Assembly (NCBI GenBank): GCA_002794465.1 | Contig: MTSL01000105.1 | Span: 7,257 to 39,256, forward strand | Source of the DNA: Paramicrosporidium saccamoebae KSL3 | Lineage: Eukaryota; Fungi; Cryptomycota | Direction of reading: 5' to 3' | DNA length: 32,000 nucleotides | In this document: one piece after another, positions 1 to 10,239 of the stretch | Layout: every line of letters starts with the position of its first letter | How positions within the stretch are numbered: position 1 is the stretch's first letter | Position numbers and translations under genes: made by a program | The notes under the pieces: generated by a model | The model's input: only the letters and a program-made list of their open reading frames with translations | Databases searched by the model: none | What the model was told of the DNA's origin: nothing

Positions 1-3000
1 AGTCGGGGCAACACCGAGGTGATTCCGGTGGCAGAGAGGGCCTGTTGTTGCAACGGCCGTACCAATGTCGCCCGTACATGACTGCGCTGTTGTTTGGTTG
101 TGCCAGGAGCATTCTTAAAGTAATTACACAGATTCTATAGATTGTTAATGACAAAATGGCCGTTTACCTGAGGAATGGTGGTGCCAGGTAGGATGGCATG
201 AATTTGTCGATCCATGGCATCATAGCCCAAAACCAATTGCCATTTGCAGAATTCCGTCAATGCGGCAGTGACAACGGGATGATGGTCGCCCAATTGGGTG
301 GAGGAGAGGGCGGCAAGGAGGGCGGCCAGAATAGGACCAAAAAGCGTCTCATGCAGGACCGCCCGTTCCATCAACAGGGGCAGCCATCGCATCAGAATGG
401 ACAGCGTCTTTCCCAATGTGAGAGCGGCCTTCCAACGCAGCATGGCAGCAAGGAGCAGCACAATCTTGGGACAGAGAACTTCATCGCTGATGAGCATGCG
501 GGCGAGGGGCGAATGAGAGGGTTCCGGGACGGGACGACGGGCTGAATCACGCAGAGCAACAATATCAAGGACGGGGTCGGTGCGTTTATCGCGCTCACTG
601 ACAGGACACAGCACATCATACAAAAGAGTCAACAGAGCATTGGTGGCTGCGGTAAGCAGCGTTTCCAATGCCGTCTCCATGCGCAATTCCGCCTGATCGG
701 CCTGGGCCCGGAAAAAGGTTTGCCAGGCTGCCTCCAGCTGGACCAGTCCAAACCGCTCCACCAACAGGAGCATTGATGGTTGGGATGGCTGCACATTCGA
801 AGCCAAAAACATGGGAGCTGCCAAATGTTTCGTCAATAATGTCCATTGGGTGATGGAAAAGGCATTGCAATTGGCAAAGACTGGTTCCAGGGCTCCACCC
901 AATGCGGAACTGCCCAATGTGCCAAAAAGTCCAAAATTCATATAAGCAGAGACGCGTAGCATGTAAAACCATCCCCGCAGACTTTTTGTGGAAACAGTGT
1001 CCATACTGTCGGCCATGGCCTCGGCATCCAACAGTTTTTCTGTCGCCGGCACATCGCCCGCCAAGGCGTCTTCACCAAACACGGCATCCCAACGCTCGGG
1101 AAAGGCGGAATTGCGGCGGTCATAGGCTGAATGCACCACAGCAATCATCTGCGTCAATGCGGCAATGGCAGGGGGGACGAATTGGTTAATGAGCGTTCGG
1201 ATGTCTCCAGCAATAGCCAATTTCTTCAATTGCGTCAACACGACATATAGCAGTGAATTAATGTTCATCAAATGTTGGCGATATTCAGCCGCAGCTGGCG
1301 TCTCTCTGGGAATCAATTCAGCAAATCCTGCACGCTCCAACAACACCTCCAATGACGGAGGTGCCAATGTCGTCAATGCCTCGGCCACAGGACCTAATAC
1401 CAATCGCACTAATTCCACGCGCTGCATTGAGCCCTCCATACAGCCCGCAATGATCAATAGCATTTCAGTGAACAATCGTCTTTCCCGCAGAGTGGAGGTT
1501 TGACGGAATAGTCCTGCAATATAATCGAGGGCGGGAAGGAAGAGGGTGGGTTGGACGTGACAAACCCGCAGTATTGTTGTTCCTGCCCGCGCCGTAATCG
1601 CAAAGGTCATCGATGGTGTTTTGTCAATAGGCCAATTCGCTGCGGATGGCACTGTATAGGAAAGTGTCAGGGAAAACAGTTGTTGCATCAGAGGCACAAA
1701 AATGGCCGATTGAACCATTCCCAATGCGGGAATCAGAGTGCGCATTGCCACAAACCACAAATACAATGTCTCTGGATGCATAGTGTTCACATTATCGGGA
1801 CAGAGTACTGTGCCCAACTGTTTCACTCCCTCGGCCACATTTTCCATCTCCAACCGTCCCAAACACGCCTTTAATACACAATCCGTTGCATGCATCAGGG
1901 CATCCCATTGACGTAATCCCACTGTTCCCAAATCTGCACTCAGTCCGGTGGGTCGCTCGGCGAGGAATGTGCTAATGGCACCCGAGCAGAACTGCAACAG
2001 TGTGGCGGGATGATGGATTGCAATCTGTCGCAATAGTTCCATCGTGCGGTTTTGATGGGTGGAAAAGAGGGCCTCGAAATCCCTCTCTGCCTCCGTGTCT
2101 CCTTCGTCGTCTTCAAAATCATCGCGATTGTAGGGGACACGACGGCGTTCCTCGTCCTTGTTCTGGGCCAATGTCACCAGTGCATAGAGAAAGACACTCG
2201 ATAGACGCGCCGTCATGGCCGGATGGGTCATAATCTTTTCATTCTTTGCCACCGAATTCCAGAACAAACCTCCAACGCTTGACACTACCAGCAGACTTGG
2301 AAAGTTGGACAGTTGTAGTAATACATCCAACACTGCATCCAATCGACTTGGAACACATGTTGCCTTCTTGTGTCCCATATGTGTTGCTGCCATTGTCACA
2401 AATACATCCGCCAGACGCTTAAAGTGTTCATATCCATCCGCACTGGTGGCGAATATTCCCAAAAGGGTCCGCACATCATCCACAATCGCATCAAACACGT
2501 TTGGCATCACATCGGCCTCTTGCGGACGACTCGTCCGTCCCGCAAACGTCAGCAACACATCCAATGCCGTTGATGTCAATTCTCCACTTTGTTGGGCAAT
2601 CTTTAGTATTCCCCGCAGACATCCAATCACCGTCGTCTTTTCCAAAATCGTCCATAAGGATATGGAGCCAAAGGCTTCCATAAGACTCTCTAATAACGGC
2701 TTCATCAGTCGCATCTCCCCTGCACTCCATCCCGAACAATGCGGCAATAAGGCTGAAATCCGTTGCATCATCTGTGGCAGTACTACTGCTAGTGCCTTTT
2801 GCAGTTCAGGACGACGAGTGTCATCCCAAATCAGCTTCTCACTACTGCCCTCCCGGGGATGGATTTCGTCAACAACCATCCGCGCCATCAGTAGTCCCAT
2901 TTCGGTCCGAACCACCACTGTCGCATCCTGTTCCAACATTGTGCCCTGTTCTGTCACCAACTGCAACAGTTTGTCGAAAAAGTCGGGCCAGTATTGTGGC

Positions 3001-3371
3001 CAAATGCGCATTGCCAGCTGCGCCACCAGCATTGCCGTTTTGTCTTGCATCAGTCGACGTTCCTCTGGTCGTACCGCCACAACCAACGCCAACAGCGACC
3101 ACACTCCCTCTCGCAATGTCTCTGCCTCTCCCACCACCAGTCGCGTCCGTACAAACGTCTCCAGTACATTCAGCCCGAATAGTCGCGCCGACAACGGCAT
3201 TTCAATGGTGGCCAGCTGAAAGCCTAGCTGCGGCGCCTGGGGATGCGTCTTGACGCATTCACACAGTGTGTGTGCCGTCGTCCGCACCTCTGTCGACGAG
3301 GATGGGTCCAGGATGACCCGTACAGCCTCCACCACCGACTCGAGACGGATTTGCTCCCCTTCGCCCATCAT
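1..3371 (-). CDS. XPO5: Exportin-5 / Msn5-like karyopherin; 3' end runs off the left edge of the window
   Basis: HEAT-repeat protein over 1000 aa with an importin-beta N-terminal region (ARLFGLNVLETFVR) and the Xpo1-type motif AQLAMRIWPQYWPDFF. First ATG is at 3371; the ORF-track start at 3419 is TTG. The apparent stop at 135 is the TAG of a 33-nt GT-AG intron (135-167); after splicing the frame stays open (NLCNYFKNAPG...) to position 1. Confidence 0.8.
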
Positions 3372-3561
3372 ACAATTTTTCTCAATTTCTTTTTCCTTTT
3401 CTTTCTTTCTCAGTCGCAAAACACAATCTATTGCATCTTGTTAGTCTATTCCCTGACTCTATCAGTAGAGACGCATTGATGGTTGTTCTGATGGCCCTGT
3501 CAATGACTCCCCGATGGCCTCACTAATCTATTTCTACCGAACCCTTTCTCAAGAGCCCTGG

Positions 3562-3891
3562 ATGGAATCCTTTGAGCTGCGCAAGCTGCGCGCATGCATG
3601 GTCTGCAGCGCCTTGCGCACCTTTGACCAGTTCCGAGAGTCAGGTTGTCCCAACTGCGAGTCATTTCTCGGTCTGCGCGATTCCGTGGACCGTATAGTCG
3701 ACTGCACCAGTACGCTATGGAGTGGCACCGTTGGTGTTGTGCGTCCTGAGGGTAGTTGGGTTGTGCGGTGGCAACGGGCCGAGGGTCGAGGTGTTGGATT
3801 GTATGCCGTAAAGGTGGTGGGTCGACTGCCCGAAGAAGTCTTGGAAGTGTTGGAAAGTCGTGGTATCCGACCCGTCGTCAGCGACAGTTGA
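3562..3891 (+). CDS. SPT4: Transcription elongation factor Spt4 (DSIF small subunit)
   Basis: LRACMVC...GCPNC zinc finger, followed by CTSTLWSG, SWVVRWQR and GLYAVKVVGRLP, the typical Spt4 motifs. Start could alternatively be 3514. Confidence 0.93.
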   Translation: MESFELRKLRACMVCSALRTFDQFRESGCPNCESFLGLRDSVDRIVDCTSTLWSGTVGVVRPEGSWVVRWQRAEGRGVGLYAVKVVGRLPEEVLEVLESRGIRPVVSDS

Positions 3892-3904
3892 ATTAGACAT
3901 TTGT

Positions 3905-4225
3905 TATATATATATATGAAATTTACATGTAATGTATAGTGCGGTGTGGCACGTGTGTAATGTGTGGTGTGCGTAATGTGTGATGTGTGTAATGTATGTA
4001 ATGTGTTTATATCCGAGGTGTGTCACAAGGACAATTGCTATATCCGAGGCGTGTCATACATGTGAAATTTATTATGTAACCATTGGATATATATATATAA
4101 TTTGCTACATCAACCTTGGATAACCAACGTCAAATATATGTGAAATTTGCTACATCAACCTTGGATAATCAACCTTGGGTAATCAATCTTGGGTAATCAA
4201 CGTCAGATATATGTGCAATTTAGAG
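3905..4225. repeat. Low-complexity and short direct-repeat spacer between convergent SPT4 and MCMDC2-like genes
   Basis: (TA)n tracts; TGTGTAATG-like units; TATATCCGAGGYGTGTCA at 4008-4025 and 4039-4056; identical 25-mer AATTTGCTACATCAACCTTGGATAA at 4099-4123 and 4144-4168; 12-bp TAATCAAYCTTGG-type units at about 4166-4200. Confidence 0.75.
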
Positions 4226-4232
4226 AGTTGGG

Positions 4233-5828
4233 TTAAATACATAGGGTGTTCCGTATCAATGCTACCAAGGATCCAAAAGAGTCTTCAAGATCGCTGGTGC
4301 ATGGCGTCATCATTGTGTCCTGGAACACCGTCTCGCCGTATCGGTGCTGTAGAGTCACCTCCATTAGGGACACTGCCCAGGCTACGTCATCCATCTCCAC
4401 TGTTCCTCCTCGCAAAGAGGCCGCATGTTCAGCTGCTGTGGAGAGTAGAGATAGTTGTTTGGCAGGATGGTGGATCGGGATCTGACAGGCATCGTTGTGT
4501 CGATGTGTCACGTCTCGATATGCCGCAAAATAGTTGGTGGCATGTCCATGGGCATCCTGACTCCATCTTACTGTCGTCCATCGATGTGGCTCTGGCAATA
4601 ATTTGGGGTCCAAATGTCCACGGACCAAATTGGACACCATTCCTTGTTGGACCAGTTGAGAGACTATCCGATCTTCGTCGGGCGCAGCAACAGTCCAATC
4701 AAAGTAAAAATCGAAATATTCATACATTTTGTGAATCTTTCCAAAGTGTTCCTTTCGTACAAACAATACTTGTGGCATGTTGCCTGCAATCCAAGACTTG
4801 ATGGTCCTTGGATCGATCCCTTCGCTGTGAGATACTTGAGTGTACAATTTATGACATTGGCGGATCATCCACGGATCACAATGATCGGAAATCAGCAGCT
4901 TGGCATCTGGATACAGCATCCGAGTCAACATGAGTATTCTCATCTTTTGGCTCGTCGGCAGTAGGGCGGCCAGTCCAGTCCAAGAACCTCTAACCACCAA
5001 CGAGCAAAGAGGCTTGGATGTGGACTGCATCCCGGCTACTCGCAAATAAAATAGACCCGTCTTTAGACTGCACTCAGGGTAGCCAATCACCCAGCCTTCC
5101 TCCCCGACCAAAAGATGCTCCCTTCCCACTGGCACTAGCAAAGTTACATTCCTCTTCCACTCCCCCACCCAGCCTTGAACAAAAATCACTGTTTCGCTGA
5201 CAGCTAGCAATGGCAGCTCCACCAACTCTTCCCTGCATTTTTCACATCGAGTCATTCCCTTGGCGATATGTGATGACTGCATCTGCTGCACCGGCTCCTC
5301 AGCGCGACAACAGTCATTCATGCATCGATAGTATCTTGCCAACAATGTCGTTTTCGGTGTTGAAATGCCGGTAATCTTGGTGTGAATTAGGAGTGGAGTG
5401 TTGATCGGTTCGTTAAAGGTACTGCCGGAGCGATACTCACAGCGAGCATAAAACTGTTGCTTACTCCGGCATTGGAGCCAAGGCAACATTGGGAAAGAAG
5501 GAAATGAGATTCGGGTGGCCAAGATGGTGACATTGGCCATCTCCGACTTTGCCAGAGTGGCAGCATTGTCCATATTTGGCTTTTCCAGCGCGATGGCATT
5601 GTCCATTACCGACTCGGCAATATCTTCAATCAGCAGACACAATTCGTCATAGGTCAACTTTAAGATATTAGTGTTTCGGCTTAGCAGGTCAAAGTCCACT
5701 CTCAGGATCACTCCAAGTATGCCATTTCCATCGAGGCCCTCTGTTGCATATGCATTTGCTCGCTCCGTCACTGCCGCATTCAAAGCCGCCCCAACCAGCG
5801 CATATATTTCGTCCTCATCGCCTCGCAT
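4233..5828 (-). CDS. MCMDC2: Divergent MCM-family protein, MCMDC2-like, with no recognisable Walker A/B
   Basis: 531 aa. MCM N-terminal OB-fold-like region with zinc-finger cysteines (RCMNDCC...RCEKC). C-terminal MCM lid-like segment (LSLLSTAAEHAASLRGGTVEMDDVAWAVSLMEVTL). No ATPase motifs visible. Confidence 0.6.
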   Translation of the reverse strand: MRGDEDEIYALVGAALNAAVTERANAYATEGLDGNGILGVILRVDFDLLSRNTNILKLTYDELCLLIEDIAESVMDNAIALEKPNMDNAATLAKSEMANVTILATRISFPSFPMLPWLQCRSKQQFYARCEYRSGSTFNEPINTPLLIHTKITGISTPKTTLLARYYRCMNDCCRAEEPVQQMQSSHIAKGMTRCEKCREELVELPLLAVSETVIFVQGWVGEWKRNVTLLVPVGREHLLVGEEGWVIGYPECSLKTGLFYLRVAGMQSTSKPLCSLVVRGSWTGLAALLPTSQKMRILMLTRMLYPDAKLLISDHCDPWMIRQCHKLYTQVSHSEGIDPRTIKSWIAGNMPQVLFVRKEHFGKIHKMYEYFDFYFDWTVAAPDEDRIVSQLVQQGMVSNLVRGHLDPKLLPEPHRWTTVRWSQDAHGHATNYFAAYRDVTHRHNDACQIPIHHPAKQLSLLSTAAEHAASLRGGTVEMDDVAWAVSLMEVTLQHRYGETVFQDTMMTPCTSDLEDSFGSLVALIRNTLCI

Positions 5829-5854
5829 GACACGGAATCATGCACTAGATTTAT

Positions 5855-6013
5855 TTAATCATGCGCAAAATAAACTCTATGCGGCGAGCGGACGAATCGT
5901 ACTGAACGTTCTTCAGTAGGGCCGGGCGGGACTTTAATTTCCGGAACAGTCCTCAGGACAAGACAACTCGCACAGCCAAATATCGCCATTAGAAATAAAA
6001 GGATGACTGTCAT
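5855..6013 (-). CDS. Possible 52-aa secreted peptide
   Basis: ATG at 6013 opens MTVILLFLMAIFGCASCLVLRTVPEIKVPPGPTEERSVRFVRSPHRVYFAHD, with a hydrophobic N-terminus. It fills an otherwise unusually long gap between two minus-strand genes. No recognisable domain. Confidence 0.3.
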   Translation of the reverse strand: MTVILLFLMAIFGCASCLVLRTVPEIKVPPGPTEERSVRFVRSPHRVYFAHD

Positions 6014-6086
6014 ATAACCGTCGTATAAAGTTGTCAAAAAACCACACAAGGACCCCCAACTGACCTTTGTGGAACAAGAAATCAAT

Positions 6087-8050
6087 TTATTTTTCGGGTC
6101 GAGCACTTTTGGATTTTTCAGGGGGCGCAGACTCATCCTCCGGCATCCTCGGCGACTTTTTCATCTTTCCCAGGTTCCATTCCACTCCTGTCTCTACTCC
6201 CGCTTCCGTTTCCGGCTCTGAGTCGTCCTCATCCGGATCGCCAGATAACTCGCCGAGCGACGAAATGCGCATTTCCATCTCCAGCAGATTGTCAAATCCG
6301 TTCCCCTCAACCGGTATCTCAATGGACGGCGTCTCTTCAAAGAAACCCTCGCCTTCGTAATCATCTCCATCCAAATTCCACGGCGTTTCGGGCGAATCGC
6401 CTTCACTGTCAGTGTCGCTGTCGTCCGAGGAGAATACAAAGCGATTCGGCAGACTGGCTATCACTTGTTGGCAAAAATAGCGGGCAAGTTGTTCTTCCGT
6501 ACCAGTGGCAAATAGGCCTGTGAAAGAAGCCACCCCATTTGCAATGTCTTCATTGGGAGGGGGAGGAGGTGCCTTGGAGCCTCCCAGAACAAGGGCATCT
6601 TTGATTTTGGTGTCGCGATATGACAGTTCACAGTACTCTTGCCAATCCTCGTGCTCCAATTCAGTTGCCAGCTCTTTTCCTAACTCCTCTCCCTGTCTTT
6701 CCAGTAGATCCACTATTTGATCGCCGATCATGGTAATGTGTCCCATGTGTCCCAGTCTATTTCCTCTCGGTCTCTGCATGATGGAATCATTGATCCTCTG
6801 CGTCTTTACAATCCGTGCAGTCAGCTTGCACTCCTTGAATATTGATACAATCAATAGCCGGTGGATTTCGTAATTTCCTGTGAAAATGTTTCTCAAAAAA
6901 TCAAACACTTCAGAGTGAAGCAGGTTGTTGTGCTGATGCACAAAGAACAATTCCTACAAATTAGTGTTCCATTCCATTGCAGTACCAGGAGAGAGTTGGC
7001 CGTGCCCAGAGACAAGATTGACTGCACAATGCTGGCATTCTGCAGGTACATGACGTGTGAGAATAATTTGACAGCTTTTAATCTCAAGAGACCCACAGGG
7101 TTGATTGGTCCTGATGGAGATTGGTATTGCGGCAGCGCTGCAGTGGCCCGGGAAGAGAGGAGCGCATGCAGTTTGGAGAGAAACGGATTAACCATCACCG
7201 CCACCTTTTCTATCAGTCCAGGCCAGCCCCTTTCTTCTCGACTCTGTACAATTTTCACCACAATCTGACAGAAAATATCTGTAACACATGCAAACAGCAT
7301 CACATCCGGATCTTCAACAATGCTGCGCTCTAATACGGGACCAAATTCCGCAACCATTGATTTCACTATGACAGGCACAGGGAATTCCTCTGGGAAGGGA
7401 AACGATAAAAACCCAATGATGACATTTAATGTGGAGATTTGGATGTTCGAGTCGACGTTCTCCTTTAACGTATCAAAAATCTGTCTAAAAATAATCTGCT
7501 CATCAATTAGCCATCCAAGAAGTAGTGCTTCCCCCTCCTCAGTCCGCAGGGAGAATAGTCGAAACAAGACGTCACAAACCTCCATATTCCCCAGATAGAG
7601 CATCAAATCATTTACAACCTCGGGCCGCCGCCTCAATGAGTTGCTAATCTCCTTCGGGATCTTTCCCATCAAATGAACCAGCACCCTCGACCAGCACACG
7701 AGAAACGGCGCCATAGGTCTTTCCCCTCGTGGAAATTGCCAAATTGGGTCGAGCAACGTGTCCTTTTCTTGCAGTCGCTCAAATAAGATTGAATGCTCTG
7801 AGCATATCAGCTCACACGCAATCAACGGATACCTCGTCCCCTTCTCCCCTTGCAATCCATGGCCCATCGCATATTCAAGGAGTCGGCCCAGTGTAGCTTC
7901 TTGGCCCAGATAGGCGAGGACCTTTTCGTCGCCGTTGCGCGTGCGCAGGATAATATTGTCTTGGTCCAGCAGGTCGTCCAGACCTTCCAGGCCGCGCTCT
8001 AGAATGCCATCGAGGTTGGCCGTCTGGTTACTATGACTCGGCCAGTACAT
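6087..8050 (-). CDS. SIT4/PP6 phosphatase-associated protein (SAPS family), two exons
   Basis: SAPS motifs: LDDLLDQDNII, RYPLIACELIC, PINPVGLLRLKAVKL. A 32-nt intron (6954-6985; GTACTG...CTAAT...TAG) joins the two ORFs in frame to give LLELFFVHQHNNLLH. Acidic C-terminus. Confidence 0.88.
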
Positions 8051-8111
8051 ACGTCTGTCTGTACGTCAGCGACAATTAATGCGCTTTAAATTTAAGATGG
8101 AAATGGCTTTG

Positions 8112-9313
8112 TTATTTCGGTTTGAAGAAACTAAGCAAGGAACCCTGCTTCTTTCCGCCATTCTCAGGCGTCGGTGTATTCTTGGCAGCGGGTTTTTTTG
8201 TGGTGGAATCTCCCTTGTGCTGTTCTTGGCTTGACGAATTCTCATCGACTGGCACCATCTCGGTTATCATTTCAGTCACTAAATATCCATTTTCCATAAA
8301 TGTCTTTGGCACTTTGATCGCTTTCATCTTGGGCCCAGTTGGCTCGCTTCGTATGGTGGGAGTCTCATCGATTTGCATTTCGTCCTCCAAAACTGGCTCC
8401 ACCGGTGCTACTTGTTCCTCATCGCCACTCGAAAACGTCACGAATGACTGGTTTGCGAGCTTTAGATCCTTGGCTTCAGCCGAATCTGACTCTGAAGCCG
8501 AGATTAAAACGGTTTCCGTCTCATCGGCGCTAAAAATGTCCGATTTTAGCTTGCTCTTCAGATCGACTGCCAACTTTTTCACACTAGCATTCTTCCCCTT
8601 CTTGTTAGCCACACTGGTGCTACTCTTTTTTGGCTTTGATTTTGCCGGTATCACAGTTTTCGCAAGCTTTTTTGCCGCCTTGGGTGCAACAATAGGATCT
8701 GCAGTATTAGCAATGGCGACTTTGGGTTGGCTGTCAACTACCTGTTCCATCTGGACTTGTCCCTTCTGCACTGGCTCCGCCTGGGCTTGTCCCCTTTGTA
8801 CTTGTTCCGTCTGGATTTGTTCCCTCTGCACTTGTTCCGTCTGGGATTGTCCCACCTGGGCTTGTTCCATCTGGGATTTCTGGTCGGTGGGATCCACAAA
8901 GACAGTGTTAGGCATCATAATTCCGGGCTCAACAACAAGCTTTTTGTTAACGGCAGCTAGCATGGAAAAATCGGAAACATTGTCGATTTGCAGACTATAG
9001 CAATCCGCCACTGCCTCCTCGCCTTCCAGTAATTCATCTGCCCCGACAACAGCAATACGAAATCCCCCAGCATCTAATGTTCGTTGCACCAGAAAAGTAG
9101 CGTTAATGCTGCTCTTGTGGCTCTTCCAAAATTCATTCAATTCACTAGAAATTCAATATAGAAAACCTGGGCGTACTGTTGTGCTTGGCTAATCGTCATT
9201 TTGCATTCAACAGCCAGCAGCTTGCAGGTAACCTATACCATTATCCATCTAACAATGCCGGTTACAATCCTCTTTTCCTGCAAAATCGCTCCTTCTAGCC
9301 ATAATTGTGCCAT
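8112..9313 (-). CDS. POLD3: DNA polymerase delta subunit 3 (Pol32/Cdc27), three exons
   Basis: C-terminal PIP box QGSLLSFF. Splicing two introns (9233-9265, 33 nt; 9145-9176, 32 nt) restores the Cdc27-type N-terminus MAQLWLEGAILQEKRIVTCKLLAVECKMTISQAQHELNEFW from an ATG at 9313. Confidence 0.85.
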
Positions 9314-9323
9314 CCCACAACGG

Positions 9324-9575
9324 CCCTCCTTCCCCGGTCTTACAAATACAGCGAACCTCGACCAGGGTCTTCATCGGGAACGATGGACGAGGAGCACCAC
9401 TGGGACGCTAGTCGTCCTAGTTTGTGGTGTATATACCTCCGGAGCGTTTCGCGGTAGATGAAGGGTGCTCGCCGCAAGGCTTGAGCGCCCCTGCTGTATA
9501 TTTCAGATCGCGCCCGAGCCGTTATGGCTGGCCACTAGTGGGTCTTGAGGGAGGGGAAAAACCATACAGCAGATA
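9324..9575 (+). ncRNA. Putative structured non-coding RNA, class unassigned
   Basis: No credible ORF. Several stable helices: 9370-9387 with a GGAA tetraloop; 9394-9430; 9463-9490 with a GCAA tetraloop; 9491-9499 pairing with 9563-9571; 9324-9332 pairing with 9547-9555. GNRA loops and G-U pairs favour the + strand. Confidence 0.5.
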
Positions 9576-9609
9576 ATTTCTCATTGTAAAAAAATCATCC
9601 ATCCATTGA

Positions 9610-9700
9610 GAATAGTGTGCCGTGGTGATAGTGTTATAATAAGTGCCGTAATAAGAGCGTTGCAATAATAGTGACCTAGTAATGGTGTCGTAATAGGCGC
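9610..9700. repeat. Degenerate 11-12 bp minisatellite (TAATAGTG-like units)
   Basis: Successive AATAGTG, GATAGTG, TAATAAGTG, TAATAAGAG, TAATAGTG, TAATGGTG and TAATAGGCG units. Confidence 0.45.
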
Positions 9701-10036
9701 TTATCAAACCATGCTCACTACCAGGCAATACCGGCGAGGTTTGTCTAGTGTCGAGTTTTTATGCAGTACTCCCCTTGTGGTGTGGTAGACGGTAGGCTAG
9801 CCGTCCATGCATAAGGCGCAATTGACCACAGCTAGCGGGTAGTGGTTAATGTGAGATATATAAAAAGACTAGGTGTAGATACAGGCCAGGACTGTGAGAG
9901 TGTATCCACAGACTAGGACTGATTTGACAATCACGTAATGCCATGAGTAAAACTGTCGCTTTGTTTCATATTATAAGCGATACATTCTGCTCAGCAACCC
10001 AGCAGTACAACAACCCGGTAATACACAAGAATGCAT

Positions 10037-10234
10037 CTGATTAATTCACTACAGTGTACCCACTACACGGCTGACTCATTCACTCCAATGTATCCACCAC
10101 AGAGCCGATTCGTTCACTCTAATCTATCCACTACACGGCCAGTTCGTTTACTCAAATGTATCCACTACACAGCCGCTTTATTCAATACACAGCCGCTTTA
10201 TCCACTACTACACGGTCGATTTGTTCACTCCAAA
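10037..10234. repeat. 34-bp tandem repeat (about 5.5 degenerate copies) just downstream of the BAR gene stop
   Basis: Consensus about TGTATCCACTACACGGCCGATTCGTTCACTCCAA. Units start at 10055, 10089, 10123 and 10157, plus a rearranged last unit and a partial first unit. Confidence 0.85.
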
Positions 10235-10239
10235 TAGAC

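Noticed and set aside
2215-3219. 334-aa plus-strand ORF and other ORFs inside XPO5, POLD3 (8122-9000), LRO1 and MFS
   Set aside because: Antisense shadows of well-supported genes, with Ser/Thr-biased composition and no motifs.
9400-9575. Hammerhead, HDV-like ribozyme or group II intron domain V in the structured region
   Set aside because: Partial matches exist (GAAAC...GUC on the minus strand; GAGCCG at 9516-9521), but CUGANGA with stems I/II, the HDV P3/J4-2 and the 34-nt domain V geometry are all missing.
9739-9748. GTTTGTCTAG resembling the U7 snRNA Sm site (AATTTGTCTAG), attractive because SLBP is nearby
   Set aside because: The first positions mismatch, there is no convincing 3' hairpin, and there is no histone downstream element to test; likely chance.
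10037-10234. 34-bp periodic array as a CRISPR array
   Set aside because: Units are contiguous degenerate tandem copies with no unique spacers, there are no cas genes, and the context is eukaryotic.
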